In this document: piece by piece, positions 39,201-53,600 of the stretch | Layout: each line of letters starts with the position of its first letter | How positions within the stretch are numbered: position 1 is the first letter of the stretch | Assembly: GCF_052425735.1 (NCBI RefSeq) | Contig: NC_135759.1 | Coordinates: 45,260,001 to 45,324,000, forward strand | Source: Oculina patagonica | Taxonomy: Eukaryota | Length of the DNA stretch: 64,000 nucleotides | Direction: 5' to 3' | Position numbers and translations under genes: made by a program | The notes under the pieces: model-generated | Told to the model about the DNA's origin: nothing | Database searches by the model: none | What the model saw: the letters and a program-made list of their open reading frames with translations, nothing else

Positions 39201-42200
39201 TCATGGTGCATTGAATTCAAGTTTTGGGCTTGCCAAGCAAGTCTCAAATTTTTCATTGCCTGGGCCAGCTAAGTGCTTACCTTAGTTTAATTTTTTGTTG
39301 CAAAATCCTAATTTACATGTAACTGGCAGACAGCTTGCCTGGGTCCTTACCAATTGGACAAGTTAGAATGAAAGGTTGCTTGCCTGACCGAAAAAATACC
39401 TTAGAGGTTCATGGTTCTACTCTACTCAACAATGGACTGATATTGGACTAAAGTTGATCAGTCTTACCAGTGTTTTATGATTCAACAACTGCTGTGGTGT
39501 GTTACACATGGCTTGGCCTTGCTGTAACATGGCATTACCAGGAATTTGTTGAATCTGTTTCTGCTGTTGTCGTTGTGGCATCTTCTTTGGTAACTGTTGT
39601 GACTGGCGTCGTTTCTGCGTCAGCAGCATTTGCTCCTCGACTTGTTTTAAAGGAGTAATCAATGACACTAACGAGTGGCCAATCTGAGGCGTGTTTAGAT
39701 CATTGCTGGACATTACAACAAATGCTGCCATAGACTTGCTGGAAACATAACTTCCGCCAACAAGAAATCTGGCCAGCTCAATCAATGTGCTAAAAACTCT
39801 GCCTAGAAGTTTGTTTGCCCATTCACACACAAGTAAACATGCCGCAGACAAAGTTTGGTCTTCCTCAATTTTGTCCCCTCCAGTCAAATTGTTTGCTGTA
39901 TTTGTTGAACTCTAAAAGCCAAGAGAAATTCAGGTTAAAATTTAGAGAGTTGACATGTAAAAAAGTGATTTCATGCTAATGATTTAGAAAAACTGAAGTA
40001 AAGTAAAGTAAAGTAACCCTACCTTATCTTTCTCATTTGCTGAAGGAACTTGAAGGGATGGGAGGGTGGGTGGTTTCACATTCTTTTTTCTTTGGATACC
40101 ACTGTAACAGTATTTAAGAATGGTTAAGGAGTTCATAACATACATGTAAGAACATGGGCAGAAAAGGAGTGCACAAGGTTTTATAATGGGTCGTATAATA
40201 ATTGTTTTCCAGAATTGTCTGAGCATCTCTATGGGTACCCACGGTCTTTGTTTGCAAATCTTTGTTTTTTAATCAGATCTTCATTTTATCTTCGTTTATT
40301 TTTTTCATGAAATTTAGTCAAATGCCAAAACTCAGAAATTACAGATATTTTTTGTAATGTTTACGAGTTTTGACAGTTTTATATCATAGTGTTCAATTTG
40401 ATCACGCCAATTTTGGGCAATTTCAGATCTTCGCTTTTATCTTGACATCTTCGTTTTTCAGCGGTGATCTTGGTGTCTTCGATTTCTTTGGAAATACCCA
40501 TAGAGAGGCTCACTGCAGTCAAGTCAGATTTGAGGCTAGAATATAGACTATTCTGGTGAGTCATGTCATTAAAATAGGAAAATTATCAGAAGAATAGTTT
40601 ACAAACACATAACATTCACAGAAACAGACACCAACAGTAAAGTTAAACAAGACAAGGCTACAGAAATAAAAAGAAGATGTCAGTCGTAAATTCTTTTTAA
40701 ACACAGTCTGAAAGGATATTTTGAATTTCCCCGAGTCCCAAGTCTTCTAGCTTTTACTCTTGGGAACACGCACTTGATGATTTTACCAAAGTCAGGTGCA
40801 CTCAACGTCCGTGCAGCATTCATACTCTCACAGTGAGCTCTGAAGAACAAATAATATTTTCATCATTTTAATGATTGCAATATAATCAGCTAATAACATT
40901 TGCTAAGAATGACCAACTATTAGACAAAACTCAACATTTTCCAAAATCTTCATAACTTAGATATATGAAAAATATTTTGATGACCATGGTCACTCGATGT
41001 AACAAACTCACACCAAAGATTCCAACCCCTTTTGAAGGAAAATAAGGAGTATTTTTTTAGTGCCAAAGGCGCAAGCCCCAAGGCGGTCTGTTGGCATGCT
41101 CCCCCAAGATATCATGAAAATTTAGGTTCTCTCAAGTGTGATTTCCTGCATTTTTGACATTACTTATGAGACATTACACAAGAAAAAAGTGTAATATGTA
41201 ATGTTAAACACTCAAGCCGTAAAAAATACAAAAGATGAGCAATTTTTCCTTGTCTTCAGAATTTCATTATAAATTGGGAGAATTTGATAAAAATCAGAAG
41301 AGCGGGAGACAAGACATCAAAACGGGAGACTCCCGATCAAATCAATAGGGTTGGAATGTCTGTCATACTTAAGGTTACATTCACAGTATCTTACTTGTAT
41401 TCGTCATACACCTCATGTTTAGGCAGAGTTGAGTTGTTGTCACACTCCTCCAAATGACAGCGAATCCTGAAATAAAAGTGATGCAAACTTTCAATTGTTT
41501 GAAATCATAAGGTCTCCAAACTACAGTACAATGCAATACAGTACAAACTTTATTGACATCTCCATGAAAAAGGCTTTTTTCAGTGACAAAAACAATCCAA
41601 CTGGTTGAATTGTTTTTCAATAATTGTGTGTTAACAAGACTTGTCATGGTTGATGATGATGACGACGATGACAATGAAAACAATGACAACTATGATTACT
41701 GATGAGCGTTGGGCTGTAATGACACTTTACAAACAGCTATGATCATGAGCAAATGCCTGATGTATCCACCAACTCACCAATGGAAAGCTTGTGTTTGCTC
41801 TGCTCTTGTTGTGGAAATTGGAAGAGCTTGATTGCTAAGGAGAAACAATAATTATTTTATTGCAATCTTAACATTTTAGTTTGACTGATCCTATTTTAAT
41901 ACTAAAATCTGCATTGATTCCCTTGCCTATGTGGTTCTAAGCTCTTATCTCTCATAGTAGAGGTACTGGTAGTTGTTTAAGAGGACAACGGTGCTAGCTG
42001 GAAAGGAATCAAGAGAATCTTGAATGCTGCAGTCTATACGTGCACTCGTCTAGGCAGACTGGGGTAGCATCAGGCTATTTTTCAGCAGCACCTACATAAA
42101 AGGGCATATTATCTCTTCAGGGAGTGGCAGATTACAGGGGAATGCTGATTTCTTGAACTCTTGATATCTCAAACCTCCTGATTATTTAACTTACTGTCGA

Positions 42201-45200
42201 TTGCATCCCATCCATCAATTAATTTAGTGGGTCTCTTAGGAAACGGAAGTTCACTTCAGGGAATTTAAAAGGCCACGTCTGTGAGTTGTGATCGGTAGAT
42301 TTCCATCCTTTACAATTCCGAGTAACAAAAATGGAATAGTCGGTTTTGAACATTAGAGTTCATGTGTTGTTGAAAGGAGCAGTAAAGGGAACCTTGCTGA
42401 TGATCAACAGAAAAAAAAGATATAATATACTTACTTGTCAAAGTCATCTTTAGAATCTGATGCTGTCTCTCCAGGTAGTCGAAGGTAAAGTAATAATTTC
42501 TCAGTGTCAGACAACTGTTGTACCTCTTCCTGAAAAACATACATGTTTCACATCATCTAAAGTGTCTACAGTAATTTCTTTGTAGAAGGCACGCATCTAC
42601 CTTAATAAACTTAAAACTGATAATCAACCAAATTAAACAGTGTTTAAGTATTTGCAGCTTACAGAAGAAAAGAACCCAATTATCCTCAGCACATTTCAAA
42701 ATAAATTTTAGTTCAACAAACTTTTCACGTTTTGGAAAACAACAGCAAGAGTTAGCCAGCTAACACAATGAACTGTAAATTAAACAAACTAATTAACTAC
42801 CGATAGATCTCATTATTTATTTAATACTAACATTAACTATGTAAATTATGTTACATTAGTGAAGATAAAACAGTTTAAAAAGAAAGTTACCAATATTTTT
42901 TGGATCCTTTCTTGTATTTCTTTGCTGAAAGGAAAAAAAGATTTCAAGATATATGTCAATCCCTCAGATTTCAAAGCTGCAGTTTTCTAGTCTAGTGGCT
43001 CATAAGGAGGGTCAAGTCTGAGTAGTTTATAAAACAGTAAATCCCCTACACCTCCCACACACAAAAATACAATAAATGATTTTAATTAAATTTCTTAGTA
43101 ACATCCAATAGATGAACTTTTATAAGTATAACCATAAAAGAGTTGACTAATAATTTCACAATAGAGTTTGTGTCTTATTATGTATATTAGAAAGCAAAGA
43201 CGTCTTAATTTCTATCACATTAATGTGTACTTTCTACATCTCAGAAAAGGTATAATTCTGTGTTGTCCTCAACCAAATGAGCAACAATGTACTTGAAAGA
43301 CAATTTTTTTCACTCAAAAACCTTATGGAACTTCTTTCTACAAAAACTTTAGAGTGCATTGATAGAAATCATTTGTCCTTTCATGTCAAAGTTGGTCAAA
43401 TTTGCGCAGCAAAAAAAGCTTTCACAACATTTGCCACTTAAACAACAAAAGCACATTTTCTTTAGACAGGTGAGCTATTAATATCTAATGAAGTTAGAAT
43501 ATAAAACACCTGGCTCTGTTGTTGATGGTTTTAAAGATAACACATGAATACTATTAATAGGCAATCCTTATTCTTTAGAATCCCACTTATGGACTACTTT
43601 ACACTATTTCTTTTCAAGATTAACTGATAACATTATGCTTAAAACTGCAATCATGATTTCAAGAAAAAAAAAAAAACAATTGACAGGTTTCATACACATG
43701 TGAAATGAATTGCCCTGATGAAAGGAAATTGCTAAATAAAACTTTTTTTTTAAGTAAACAGTTTCAAAGTGATTTATAGTAAGCAGAACTTGTCAAATTT
43801 AAATTACCTCCTTAAACAAAATTTTACAAAACAAAAATATAATTGAAAAAGTCTGATTTTTGATGCAAATATCCAAATTATCAAATGTTGAAACCATTAA
43901 ACTACCCTTTTAAAACTTGAAACATAAACATTTGAAATTGAAATTCGCGATTACTTATTTACTTTAAGTCAAATATTTATCACATCCCATTACTGCTTTC
44001 TAATTATGATTGATGGCGACATGTCTTATTCACCAATTATGAATTAATTATCTGATGAGTAAAGTCTTTTAAATCAAAATTTGCGAGGTTTATTAAGTGA
44101 GGTTATTTCTCACTGTCAATGTGCACAAACTATAACTAACAGTGTTGAAACGCTTGAAGTCTAAATAAACCCTGTTACAATAGATCTTCAACCAACATTT
44201 TGCAAGTGAATATTTTTTTTAACAAAACGACAGGCAGCTGGCAAATGTATTTTTATTTTCTTTTATAAGTGAAAGAGAAGTCTCCAAATGGCATATTTTG
44301 GTCAACACGTCTCGCTAGCAGACAGTAGAGCAATAACTTCTTTAAAATATTTCGTGGTGAACAATGCGTAGGCTGTTCCCACGACCCGATGGATCGTTAA
44401 ACACAAGAACACATGGCAAAACAAAGCCTGCAGACATGGCGCTATTCCACAACGCGCCTGTATATTGTCTTTATATTTGCAATAAAACCTTTCGTCGTTT
44501 TATTCCCAAACACGAAATAAACAACGTTGTCAATTTCAACACCGACATTTGAAGTCTAACATTCAAGTAAGATCATGATGTCTCAAAGGAATTCTTTGCT
44601 TTTAATCTTTATTGTAAAAAAATGATGAATTTAAAATTACCCGAGAACGATGTTGCAACTCAACACGCTTTCTAAAATGCCAAACTTTTGTTTCAAGCAA
44701 CAAAAAAATTAACACGGCGAGCTTTTTAACTTTTCCCGCGAAATATTCCCGCAAAAATTTTCTTCGCCCCTACATTTACCCTAAATTGTTATCTTTCCGT
44801 AAAAGGCCCCTCCGCAAAAACGGCGCTACAAAGAAGAGCGTTTCACCTACAGGATGACCTATATACCGTTCCGTTTTATTTTCACAGATCGTAAAAAATC
44901 CCGCCCAAGTGAAAATGCATTTCAAAGTAATTGCTCGCATGAAAAGCTATTATATCGTGATATTTGACCAAAGCACCTGACTTTTAGCCGTCCTAATCGC
45001 GATCACACAATTCTAATCTACACGTGTTTCATTGAATTCGATCGCATGTGAAATGCACCTACGATGCCGACTTTATGACAGCGTGTTTGTTTTACAAGCC
45101 TGGAGTTTATTACCTCGCCAATCACGAACATTTCACACGGCTAAAATGACAAATTACTGGGAAGGTCCTCTTTTGTGAAATATTAGCGTGGAATGGATTC

Positions 45201-46581
45201 ATGGAGTTATATCGTTTGGTACACTGAAATTATTCCTGCTATCCAATGGAATTACACTCCGTAGGGGTCACTACTCGACCCGCTGTGGACGAAGTAACGC
45301 AGTGTGAATTTACGTCATATAAACTAATATACAGAAAAGTCATTGCACCTTCAAGTATATTCCGTGCCGGCATGATCTTGATAGTTTGCGAACAAGGTCG
45401 CCGATCAAACGTTCTAGACAAATGTTACCCGCAGATAATAAATAAAAGCGTTATGTAAAAGGTTTCGCTTGACCACCAGTCATTTATCACGCTTCAATGA
45501 ACAAATCAAAAACAACTCAAATCATGCAGTCACAAAACTTAAGCCGGGAAATGATTTGCATCCCATTCATTTAAACGAAATAGCGTTTTTAGCAAAAAGA
45601 AAGTAATGAAAACTTCAAAAGACTTCAAGGCTACATGCATAACGAAATTGCCACCTCACTAAAAGGGGGTAAAGGAAACTTCATATTTTTGCCTGGTGAA
45701 ATAAACGTTTTCTGTGTTTACAAAACAGAAACTCGTGCTTATGTCAGCGATCGAGCTGTGCACTTTATACACTTCTGATAATTACAACAATCTTGTAAAC
45801 ACATATAAAGATTTCGTTCGATCTCTGCTAAGTTGGTATATCATCTCAACGATCGATGGCTAAGTATTTGCTCCGAAATTCCTAAATCGTGCGAAGTTTG
45901 CGAATGAATGAAATATTTTTCAAGGCCACGTGCAAAACGGAAAAACAGTGAAGCGACTTCCCGCATTCCTGCGTCACATCTGCCCAAAGCAGAAACCCAC
46001 ATGGCTTCAGTAAATCGACAATTCCTCGACAAAAACAAACTCAAATTAAACACTTTCATCAGCTAATCTAGTTTACACCTAACAATCATCCAAATTATGC
46101 ACAAAGTCAAAAAGTCGTAATGCGGTGATGTTAAGACCTGCCTATATCAACCACAAACCCGGAGGGCTTCAAAATGAAACACGTAATAAATTTAAAAACG
46201 CGCTTTTACTCGAGATTAAAAAAGAACAACATTCATTGGGCAGGCGTGATTACAAACCAGCTGCACGCGACACATCCCGCACCAAGCCATTTCCAGAACG
46301 TGCTTAGTTAATTGATCAATAAATCAACTTGATCAACGTACGTACCTTACGAAGGACTGCAACGCTTGCTCGAGCCCAGCGTTAGGATTGTCTGCTTCCT
46401 CTAGCTCGCAGTCCACTGGAGTTGGAGAGGAAGAGGACTTTAAAGACAACGAGATCGCAGCGGATTGAAGAAGCTCGCCATGTCCTCCCGGGGTTAAGTC
46501 AACAGAGGCTGAAGTACTCACGACAAGCTCACCGCCAACAGGCTTCGATCTGTCCATGATCACTTCACTAGAACTCTGCAT
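36232..46581 (-). CDS. RFX7: RFX winged-helix transcription factor, RFX7/RFX5 subfamily, 10 exons
   Basis: Exons 46581-46346, 42924-42891, 42529-42435, 41834-41778, 41466-41395, 40839-40720, 40113-40023, 39911-39468, 38452-37584, 36934-36232, with consistent phases. Motifs [65 protein letters not shown] and AACLLVCEWA..LIELARFL..KSMAA. Confidence 0.92.
38576..38850 (+). mobile_element. tRNA-derived SINE with CORE-like domain
   Basis: gcagcctaatggttagtgcgctggac head, then gtgttcttgggcaaaacactttactctcacagtgcctccacccaggtgtataaatgggtacc. Same family as 28925-29420. Confidence 0.8.
40114..40719 (-). other. U12-type (minor spliceosome) intron with AT-AA termini
   Basis: 5' site ATATCCTTT (40719-40711), branch site TCCTTAAC (40130-40123). 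The in-frame junction SK|YCYSG requires the intron to end ...TTCTTAA. Confidence 0.88.
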
Positions 46582-46724
46582 GGCCGTAAGCAGATAATCT
46601 GAGCCGTAACCTCCTTGCTCCGAGTTCCACAGCGTTCTAGCAGCTCATAGCCTGTCCGCGATCACTCAAATATACTCTTGAACATCATAACCCTGGTTAT
46701 TAATCACACAGCACATGGATCATC

Positions 46725-46835
46725 CACTAGAACGCATGCGTGAGCGCGCGTTCCAAATGAAGCTTGACAGAACAAGGTGTTATGAGCCAATAGAAAGCGC
46801 CCCCATAATTAGCATTGTGCTTTATCCAATGATGT
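46725..46835. promoter_or_regulatory. Putative RFX proximal promoter
   Basis: NRF1-like ACGCATGCGT (46732-46741) and two CCAAT boxes (~46787, ~46826), 150-250 bp upstream of the ATG. Confidence 0.45.
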
Positions 46836-49800
46836 TTTGTCATTAAAATTACACGACACCGACAACTGCTAATTTAATTTTTGATACGCGCCGAGAAAAC
46901 ATCAAACCAAAGTACCGCATACGCACCTTGCAGATTGTGCTTTTTCAACACCACAATTTCGAGTCGTCATGCGCGCAACAAGAACAGTCTTCGATCGAGC
47001 GTTTTTTGCGCAAGATTAGTTTACTAGAATTATGATGTTGACTGTCAGTAATCAATGTGATTGATTAGCTAAGCTTGATCCAGAGGTAGTTCCACGCCTT
47101 TTTTGCGCACACAGTTGCACGCTGGAGACGGGGGGGCGTAAAGCGAGTCATTTGCACAGCCCCAAGGGCTGTAAGGCGTTGGTCTCGTGGGATTTTATTG
47201 TAAACTGGACTCCTCCACTCATCAAACACTGATGTACTTCTCAACAACCATGTATAAATTTGGGAATGCCTAAAAAAGTTCCTGTTATTATTGAAAAATT
47301 AATCCAACAAAATGCGTACGTGACTTTGTGCTTTACAAAGTTTTTAGAAGATATAAAAATTTTCTTTTAATATATGAAAAGATTTAAAAGTTCCAGGAGT
47401 TTGGATAGTTAATTTTAGAACACTGAAACAGAAGGTTTGGCAAACGCTTTGAATTTGACTTGTGGCGGTCGCACGCATTCAGCTCAAAAAACAAACGCAA
47501 ATTACCAACAACATAAGATGCTGTCCCAAAGGGTTTTTAACCGCATACCGAAAATTCAATGGATGCTATTGTAAAGGCGAGCTGGACGCTTACTCTCGCA
47601 TAGTTTATGAAATAAGTTATGGCTGGAATTTCGAGTGACAACAACCAAATAATCTGGCCTTTATTTTCTGGCAGGGTAGGACATGCAAGAATTAAACTTC
47701 TCGCGTCCAAAAAAGGCTCACTTTTTGCTGTGCGTGCAGAGAGAGAACGTGGAATGTACAAAAGGCAGGAAACTCTTTTTCAAAAGGTTCTGCTTCATTT
47801 CATCCAGCACGCGCAGTTCTTTGAAGTTTCTTTTGCATCAAAATTGATAACCAAGGCAACAAATGCACTTTGTGGTCGGAATGTCTTCGTCTTCAGGACT
47901 GACCAAGTAACGCAACGTACACTGAGCCCGTATTGTTAGTTTATTGGTTTATTGCAATCGGCAATTGCTCGGGAATTTTAATGAGGATTCGCTGAAAGCA
48001 GCAACCCTCGTTCCCGACTGAAAAAAAGAATTTTTACTTTTCATGTTACAAATAACTCTGCACGCGTTTTTCACTCCAGGCAAAAAAGATTCTCACACAT
48101 GTAGAAACGACAGACAGTAAAAAGGAGGCAAGGTCTTTGCAGTTCGCGGGAGTTGACCTGGGAAAAGATGGCTTAATTTCCAAGGAATTGTTTAGAAAAT
48201 AAAAAGTCACATTGCCTCGAAAGCTTCCTGAGCTTGATTTTTAACACAATTCACCCATCCATTCAATGTTGCTTAATTTTGACACCGAGTTTCTAATAGT
48301 CATCATCGCATCACAGCTAAATACCGAGCCAGGACTCGAGCTTAGGATACGAGCCAGGATTCTAACAGCGCTTCGGTTAGCCTCTACGAGGACCGGTAAG
48401 CTTTCACTCCGGTTTGCTTGCGTTTAGCTTTCATTTCGGTTTTTTTGCGGTTAGCATTTATTTGTTGGTTGAGGCAATGCTATATTTATTTACTATATAT
48501 AGTGTAAAAATAACATGAATATCATAGCAACAAAAGCTTTTACATAAAAAACCCCCTAAAAAAACAACTTAAAATAGCTCGAGTCCAGAGCTCTAATCCT
48601 GAGCTCGATGTCCTGGTGTTGACTGTAGTCGTCATAGCAACATTGACCAGACAGTATAAGTTTCCACACCTTTCTCGAACTGATGTGAGAGGCATATTTC
48701 GCGCATTCGCCACGAACTGCGAGAAAGCCTGGACTCTTTTTCGTATTTTGGCTCCCTAAGTCGTTTCTCTTCCAAGGTAAACTGGGAACAGCGTTGGCAT
48801 TCTCAGCACAAATCCAACAATATTAAGAATTTTCTTGTTCTCGAAACAAAAACTCTACATCTACATGCCACATTACACAACAGAAAACAACTTGTCAATG
48901 CAATCTTGTTGAAGACTTGACAAGTGTATCAGCACTTTTTCGCGCTATTCCTAAATTAATTTAATTAATTCATATACATGTCTGTCTCTTGATATAAAAA
49001 TATAACATTGAAATTTCATTTACAATTAACATTCAAATATATTACTATTAAGTGGGAGCAGGGGTGAAGAAAGTGAGTCTATACAATTTTTTAAAATTAA
49101 TACAAAAACAAATTGTTACAAAAATGCAAGTATAAAGGTCTTTAAAAATTGGATAATTCTACCTACAAAAAAATTCCTTTATGAATCAGTTTTTTAAATC
49201 TTCATCTTGCCTTTTTAGAGTGATAATGATAATGATAATGAGTCAAACAAAAACTCCTCTTTATACTAATACTTGCGGCATTTCATTTTATGATAACAGG
49301 ATTGGTATAGAGAACATTCATACGGAATAAAAGCTTAAAATAATAGTTTACTAAACTAGCAAAGGACGATACATTATGTAGAGATAATAATAAACAACCA
49401 ACAAGGAGCAAGGGAAGGGGAAGAACGAGATGGAACACGAATGACTGAACAGTGAAAAAGTGCACTAAATTTAACGTGTGCACGGGTCTCAAAAGAAATG
49501 TTAAATTGGAAAAATAATGGCCACTTGTACTAAAATTGCGATTGTAATTTCTGAGAAACATTATAGTGACGAAGTCAGCGTTATGCTTTCCTTGAATCCG
49601 CATGTTTTGATATTATGGCTGAAGTTCACGCTATTTCATCATTCTACTTCTGTAGGATAAAAAATCTTAACCTAAACCTAAGAGTTTTCTACAGCCTAAG
49701 GTTGTGTAATTTGTGCTATAAAGGCATTCAAATTCTCGCGATTATAAAGCGGGAACTATCGCTAAACATTCTATAACCCCCTCCGCACGAGGATAATCCT

Positions 49801-49883
49801 CTAAAATTTAAGGGAGAAATGTGTAGCATTTTTTTTTGTTAAACGAACAATATTCTTGTCGCAAGGTCTGAAAAGTTTATAAG

Positions 49884-49920
49884 CGAAGCTTTCGACTGTA
49901 TCGCACAGTCTTCATCAGCG
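49884..49920 (-). ncRNA. Minimal hammerhead ribozyme 40 nt after the GIY-YIG stop codon
   Basis: CG-CTGATGA-A-GACTGT(gcgat)ACAGTC-GAAA-GCTT-CG: perfect 6-bp stem II, palindromic AGCT in place of stem III, stem I only 2 bp. Confidence 0.7.
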
Positions 49921-50239
49921 ATTGAAATTAGCTCACGTTGTCTCGTGAATGCAAATTGTTTAATCACGTGACCACAGATGGTCAAAAATGGCGGGAAGAT
50001 CATAGCCCCCTTCTCTGTTCAGCGTTGGGCGTTGACGTCTGATATGGATGGCTTCCTTGATTTTCCTTTTGACATCTACCGACTCTTTATCAAGAATCTT
50101 GACTCCTTCCCAGTCGATCTGGTGGTTGGCCTGAGACTGGTGTTCCTGGATCGCAGATGTTGTTTGTCTCTGATGTTCACCCAGTCGCTTCTCCAGAGTT
50201 CTCGCTGTCTCGCCAATGTAATGTTCACCGCAATCATTG

Positions 50240-50617
50240 TGTCGGAGACTAGGACTTTGAATACGTGACGAAATGAATGACATTTGAATTTAATTAGTTT
50301 CTAAGTGATGATCGGTGTGAAATAAGTGAGAACGATATGTGTCAAAGACCGGATGCTTACTTTTGGCCCGTCTGCATGCAATCCGTAGTATAAAATGAAA
50401 CGCCCAGTGATTAGTATGAGTCGTATGTTTTGAGCCATTGTGAGAGTAGTAGATAGTGAGTAGAAATCCGTGACTTGCTGAGATTGTACCGTGAAGCCTG
50501 TGACGCCAATATTAAAACCAAGAGGACCTGTGAGTATCATATCTGTTTGGTTTGTTTTGTATTTCCTTTTGTCGATTTCGTGGGATTAATCGCTTTGGAG
50601 GCAAGCATTTTCCCACA
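50240..50617 (+). repeat. 5' LTR
   Basis: Direct repeat of 56064-56441. Confidence 0.95.
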
Positions 50618-50675
50618 CCTGGCACCTCCGACGGGACCGCCTAACCGATCTAAAACAAGGAAATTTACCGCGATA

Positions 50676-53600
50676 ATGGAAGCTTTAGAAACCAAGCTAG
50701 AACAGCTGAAGTTAGCAGTGAACAGAAGCGGTTCGATAGTGGAATCAAACAATGAAGCTGCGATAGAGAGGCATCTCTCTGCCATAAAAGCCTTAACAAT
50801 GGAAGCCGACAAATTAAAACGAACTGTTGAAGAACAAAAAATCGCCGAAAAAGTGGAGCTAGAAGAACTTAACCAGTGGAATGCAAGTGTTGATGCCAAG
50901 ATTGTCGCTGCTGACGAGAGCGTCAGGCATCTGAAAACCACCTTAGAGGAATTTCATCAGAAAATGGAGCTGAAGAAACAAGAAAAGGATTTGGAATTCG
51001 AGAAGAAGTTGTTCGAAGCAAAATTGAAGTACCAAGCCGAGCTTCAAGTAGCGAAAGAACAAGCCGAAGCAGCGCAAATAAAAAACAAGCCTACAGATGA
51101 GGGATCAGGCCAAGAGCAAGCAGCAAAGCTACCCAAGCTTCAAATAGCTCGATTCAATGGCACTTATGAAGATTGGCCCAGGTTCTGGAACCAATTCGTG
51201 GAAATCATTGACAAAGCGACCATGCCGGGCGTGACGAAGTTTGCCTACTTGAAGTCTTTCCTTGACTCGAAGGTGAAAAAACCGATAGAAGGGCTACCAT
51301 TTTCACACGAAGGTTACAACAGAGCCAAGTCAGTACTGTTGGACAAGTACGGTAAGGATTCAGAGATAATCAAGACCTACGCCCAGCAGATTTTCGACCT
51401 TCCTATCATACCTAACCAGAATGCCTACCGAATTCACGAATTTTCCGATAAATTGACTTTCGCAGTGCAGTCTTTACAGACAATGGGCAAACTAGAACAG
51501 GTTAACGGTTATGTTGCGATGACTTTGGACAAGTTGCCAGCGATTAGAGGGGACTTGGTGCGAACAGACCCATCGTGGGAAAACTGGACCTTCGACAAGC
51601 TGACAGAAGCGTTGCGCCTTTGGACGCGGAGAAATCCGATCAGTAAACAAGATGATAGAAATCAGCAAGATGACAGAAACCGCCGTGATGACAGGAAGAG
51701 AGATAAGCCCCCATTTCGGGTGTTCAACACCCAACAAAAGAATGGTGCACGCAAGCCATCTTGCGTGTACTGCGACGCGACAGAGCATCGAGCCTTTCAC
51801 TGCCCCAGTGTTGTTGACGTGGCTAAACGACGGTCTATCCTACTTCAGAAGAGGTTGTGTTTCAATTGCACCGGCCCCCACAAAGCTGAATATTGTCAGA
51901 GCAAGATGGTATGTCAGAAATGCAGAAAGAAGCATCACACGTCAATTTGTGACAGCGATCAACAGGATCCAAGGTCTGAAGGATTATTAACGGCCCATCA
52001 ACGTGACAAAACAGAAGTGGTGTACCCTGTGGTTTTAGTCAAGATCAATGGAATTAAAACAAGAGCCCTACTTGACACCGGAGCTGGAAGTTCTTACGCC
52101 TCAGCTCGGCTAATCAACGCCTTGCATACGAAACCGGCCGAAACTCAAACGAAACAAATCGAAATGATGCTGGGCTCCATGACAACCAAAGTAGAAATGT
52201 ACAATGTCAACGTGACATCCCTGAGTGGCGATTTCAGTATGAGCGTGACAGTATCCAAGGTCGACAAACCGGAACTCATGACTCTTGAAAATCCCAAGTA
52301 TGAAGAGTTGACGAAACGGTACACGCACCTGAGTGATGTTTACATGGACGACAAAGATGGCAAACCGAAACTACCCATTCATCTGGTGTTAGGTGCTTCC
52401 GAGTACGCAAGAATCAAGACTAGCACTCCACCGAAGATAGCTTTATCAGGTCAACCTGTGGCGGAGAAGACAACACTCGGCTGGACAATCATGTCACCAG
52501 GCCACGAACACGAAGCCAGTAACACGTTTCTTACCCAGACAACCAGCGTGGACTTCGAACAGCTCTGCCGTTTAGACGTCCTTGGCCTCGCCGACGCCTC
52601 AGCAAACGACCAGGATGTGGTCTACTCTGAGTTCAAGGAACAGTTGATACGTCATCCCGACGGATACTATCAAACGGGTCTCCCCTGGAAAGGAAGCCAT
52701 CCACAGTTGCCCACAAACAAGTCTGGAAGTATTAAAAGACTTCAGCAGCTCGTAAGAAAACTCGATCGCACCAATGCCTATGACCAGTATGACGCCATTA
52801 TTCAGGAACAGAAAGAAGAAGGAATCGTCGAACCAGCTCCGGCCGAACCCAAAGGGACTGAATTTTACATACCCCATAGAGCAGTAGTTCGAGAAAACGC
52901 GGAAACTACCAAGTTAAGGATCGTCTATGATGCCTCCGCCAAAGAAAATCCCAGCCAGCCATCTTTAAACGACTGCCTTCATCCAGGACCACCCTTACAG
53001 AACCTATTATGGAACGTTTTAATCAGAGCTCGTTTCTACCCCGTATTGCTGGCAGGAGATCTGCAGAAGGCTTTCTTACAAGTACGCATTAAAGAAGAAG
53101 AAAGGGATGCCTTGCGATTTCATTGGAAACCACGTGATCAATCAGCCATCGAAACTTACAGATTCACCAGAGCCCTGTTCGGCCTCACCTCTTCACCCTT
53201 TCTGTTGGGTTGAGTTATACAGCAACATCTAGACGCGTGGGAGCAACGAGAACCGGAGTTGGTTGCCCAAATCAGAAAGAGCCTGTACGTTGATGATTTG
53301 ATATCTGGTGCATCAACAGTGCCGCAAGCTCAACAGCAAAAGGAAGGATCGATTAAAATCTTTGGTGATGCCAAATTTGTTCTACACAAGTGGAACTCAA
53401 ATGCACCTGAGCTAGAGAGAGACGGTGACCCTGGTGACAGCGAGGATCTGAGCTTTGCTAAACAACAGTTGGGACCACCAACAACACTAACGAAGCTGCT
53501 AGGACTGCCTTGGGACAAGATTGCCGACACGTTAAGCGTTTGTTTCCCACAGCAACCGGTTGAACCTACCAGAAGAGGAATCTTGTCGCAGCTGGCCAAA

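Noticed and set aside
44641-44700. Alternative coding first exon in RFX intron 1
   Set aside because: A donor-like GTAATT is present, but there is an in-frame stop just upstream and no ATG.
50475-50675. N-terminal extension of the 912-aa ORF, and the duplicated small ORFs 50301-50540 / 56125-56364
   Set aside because: They lie in LTR/leader sequence and start at non-ATG codons. The first ATG is at 50676.
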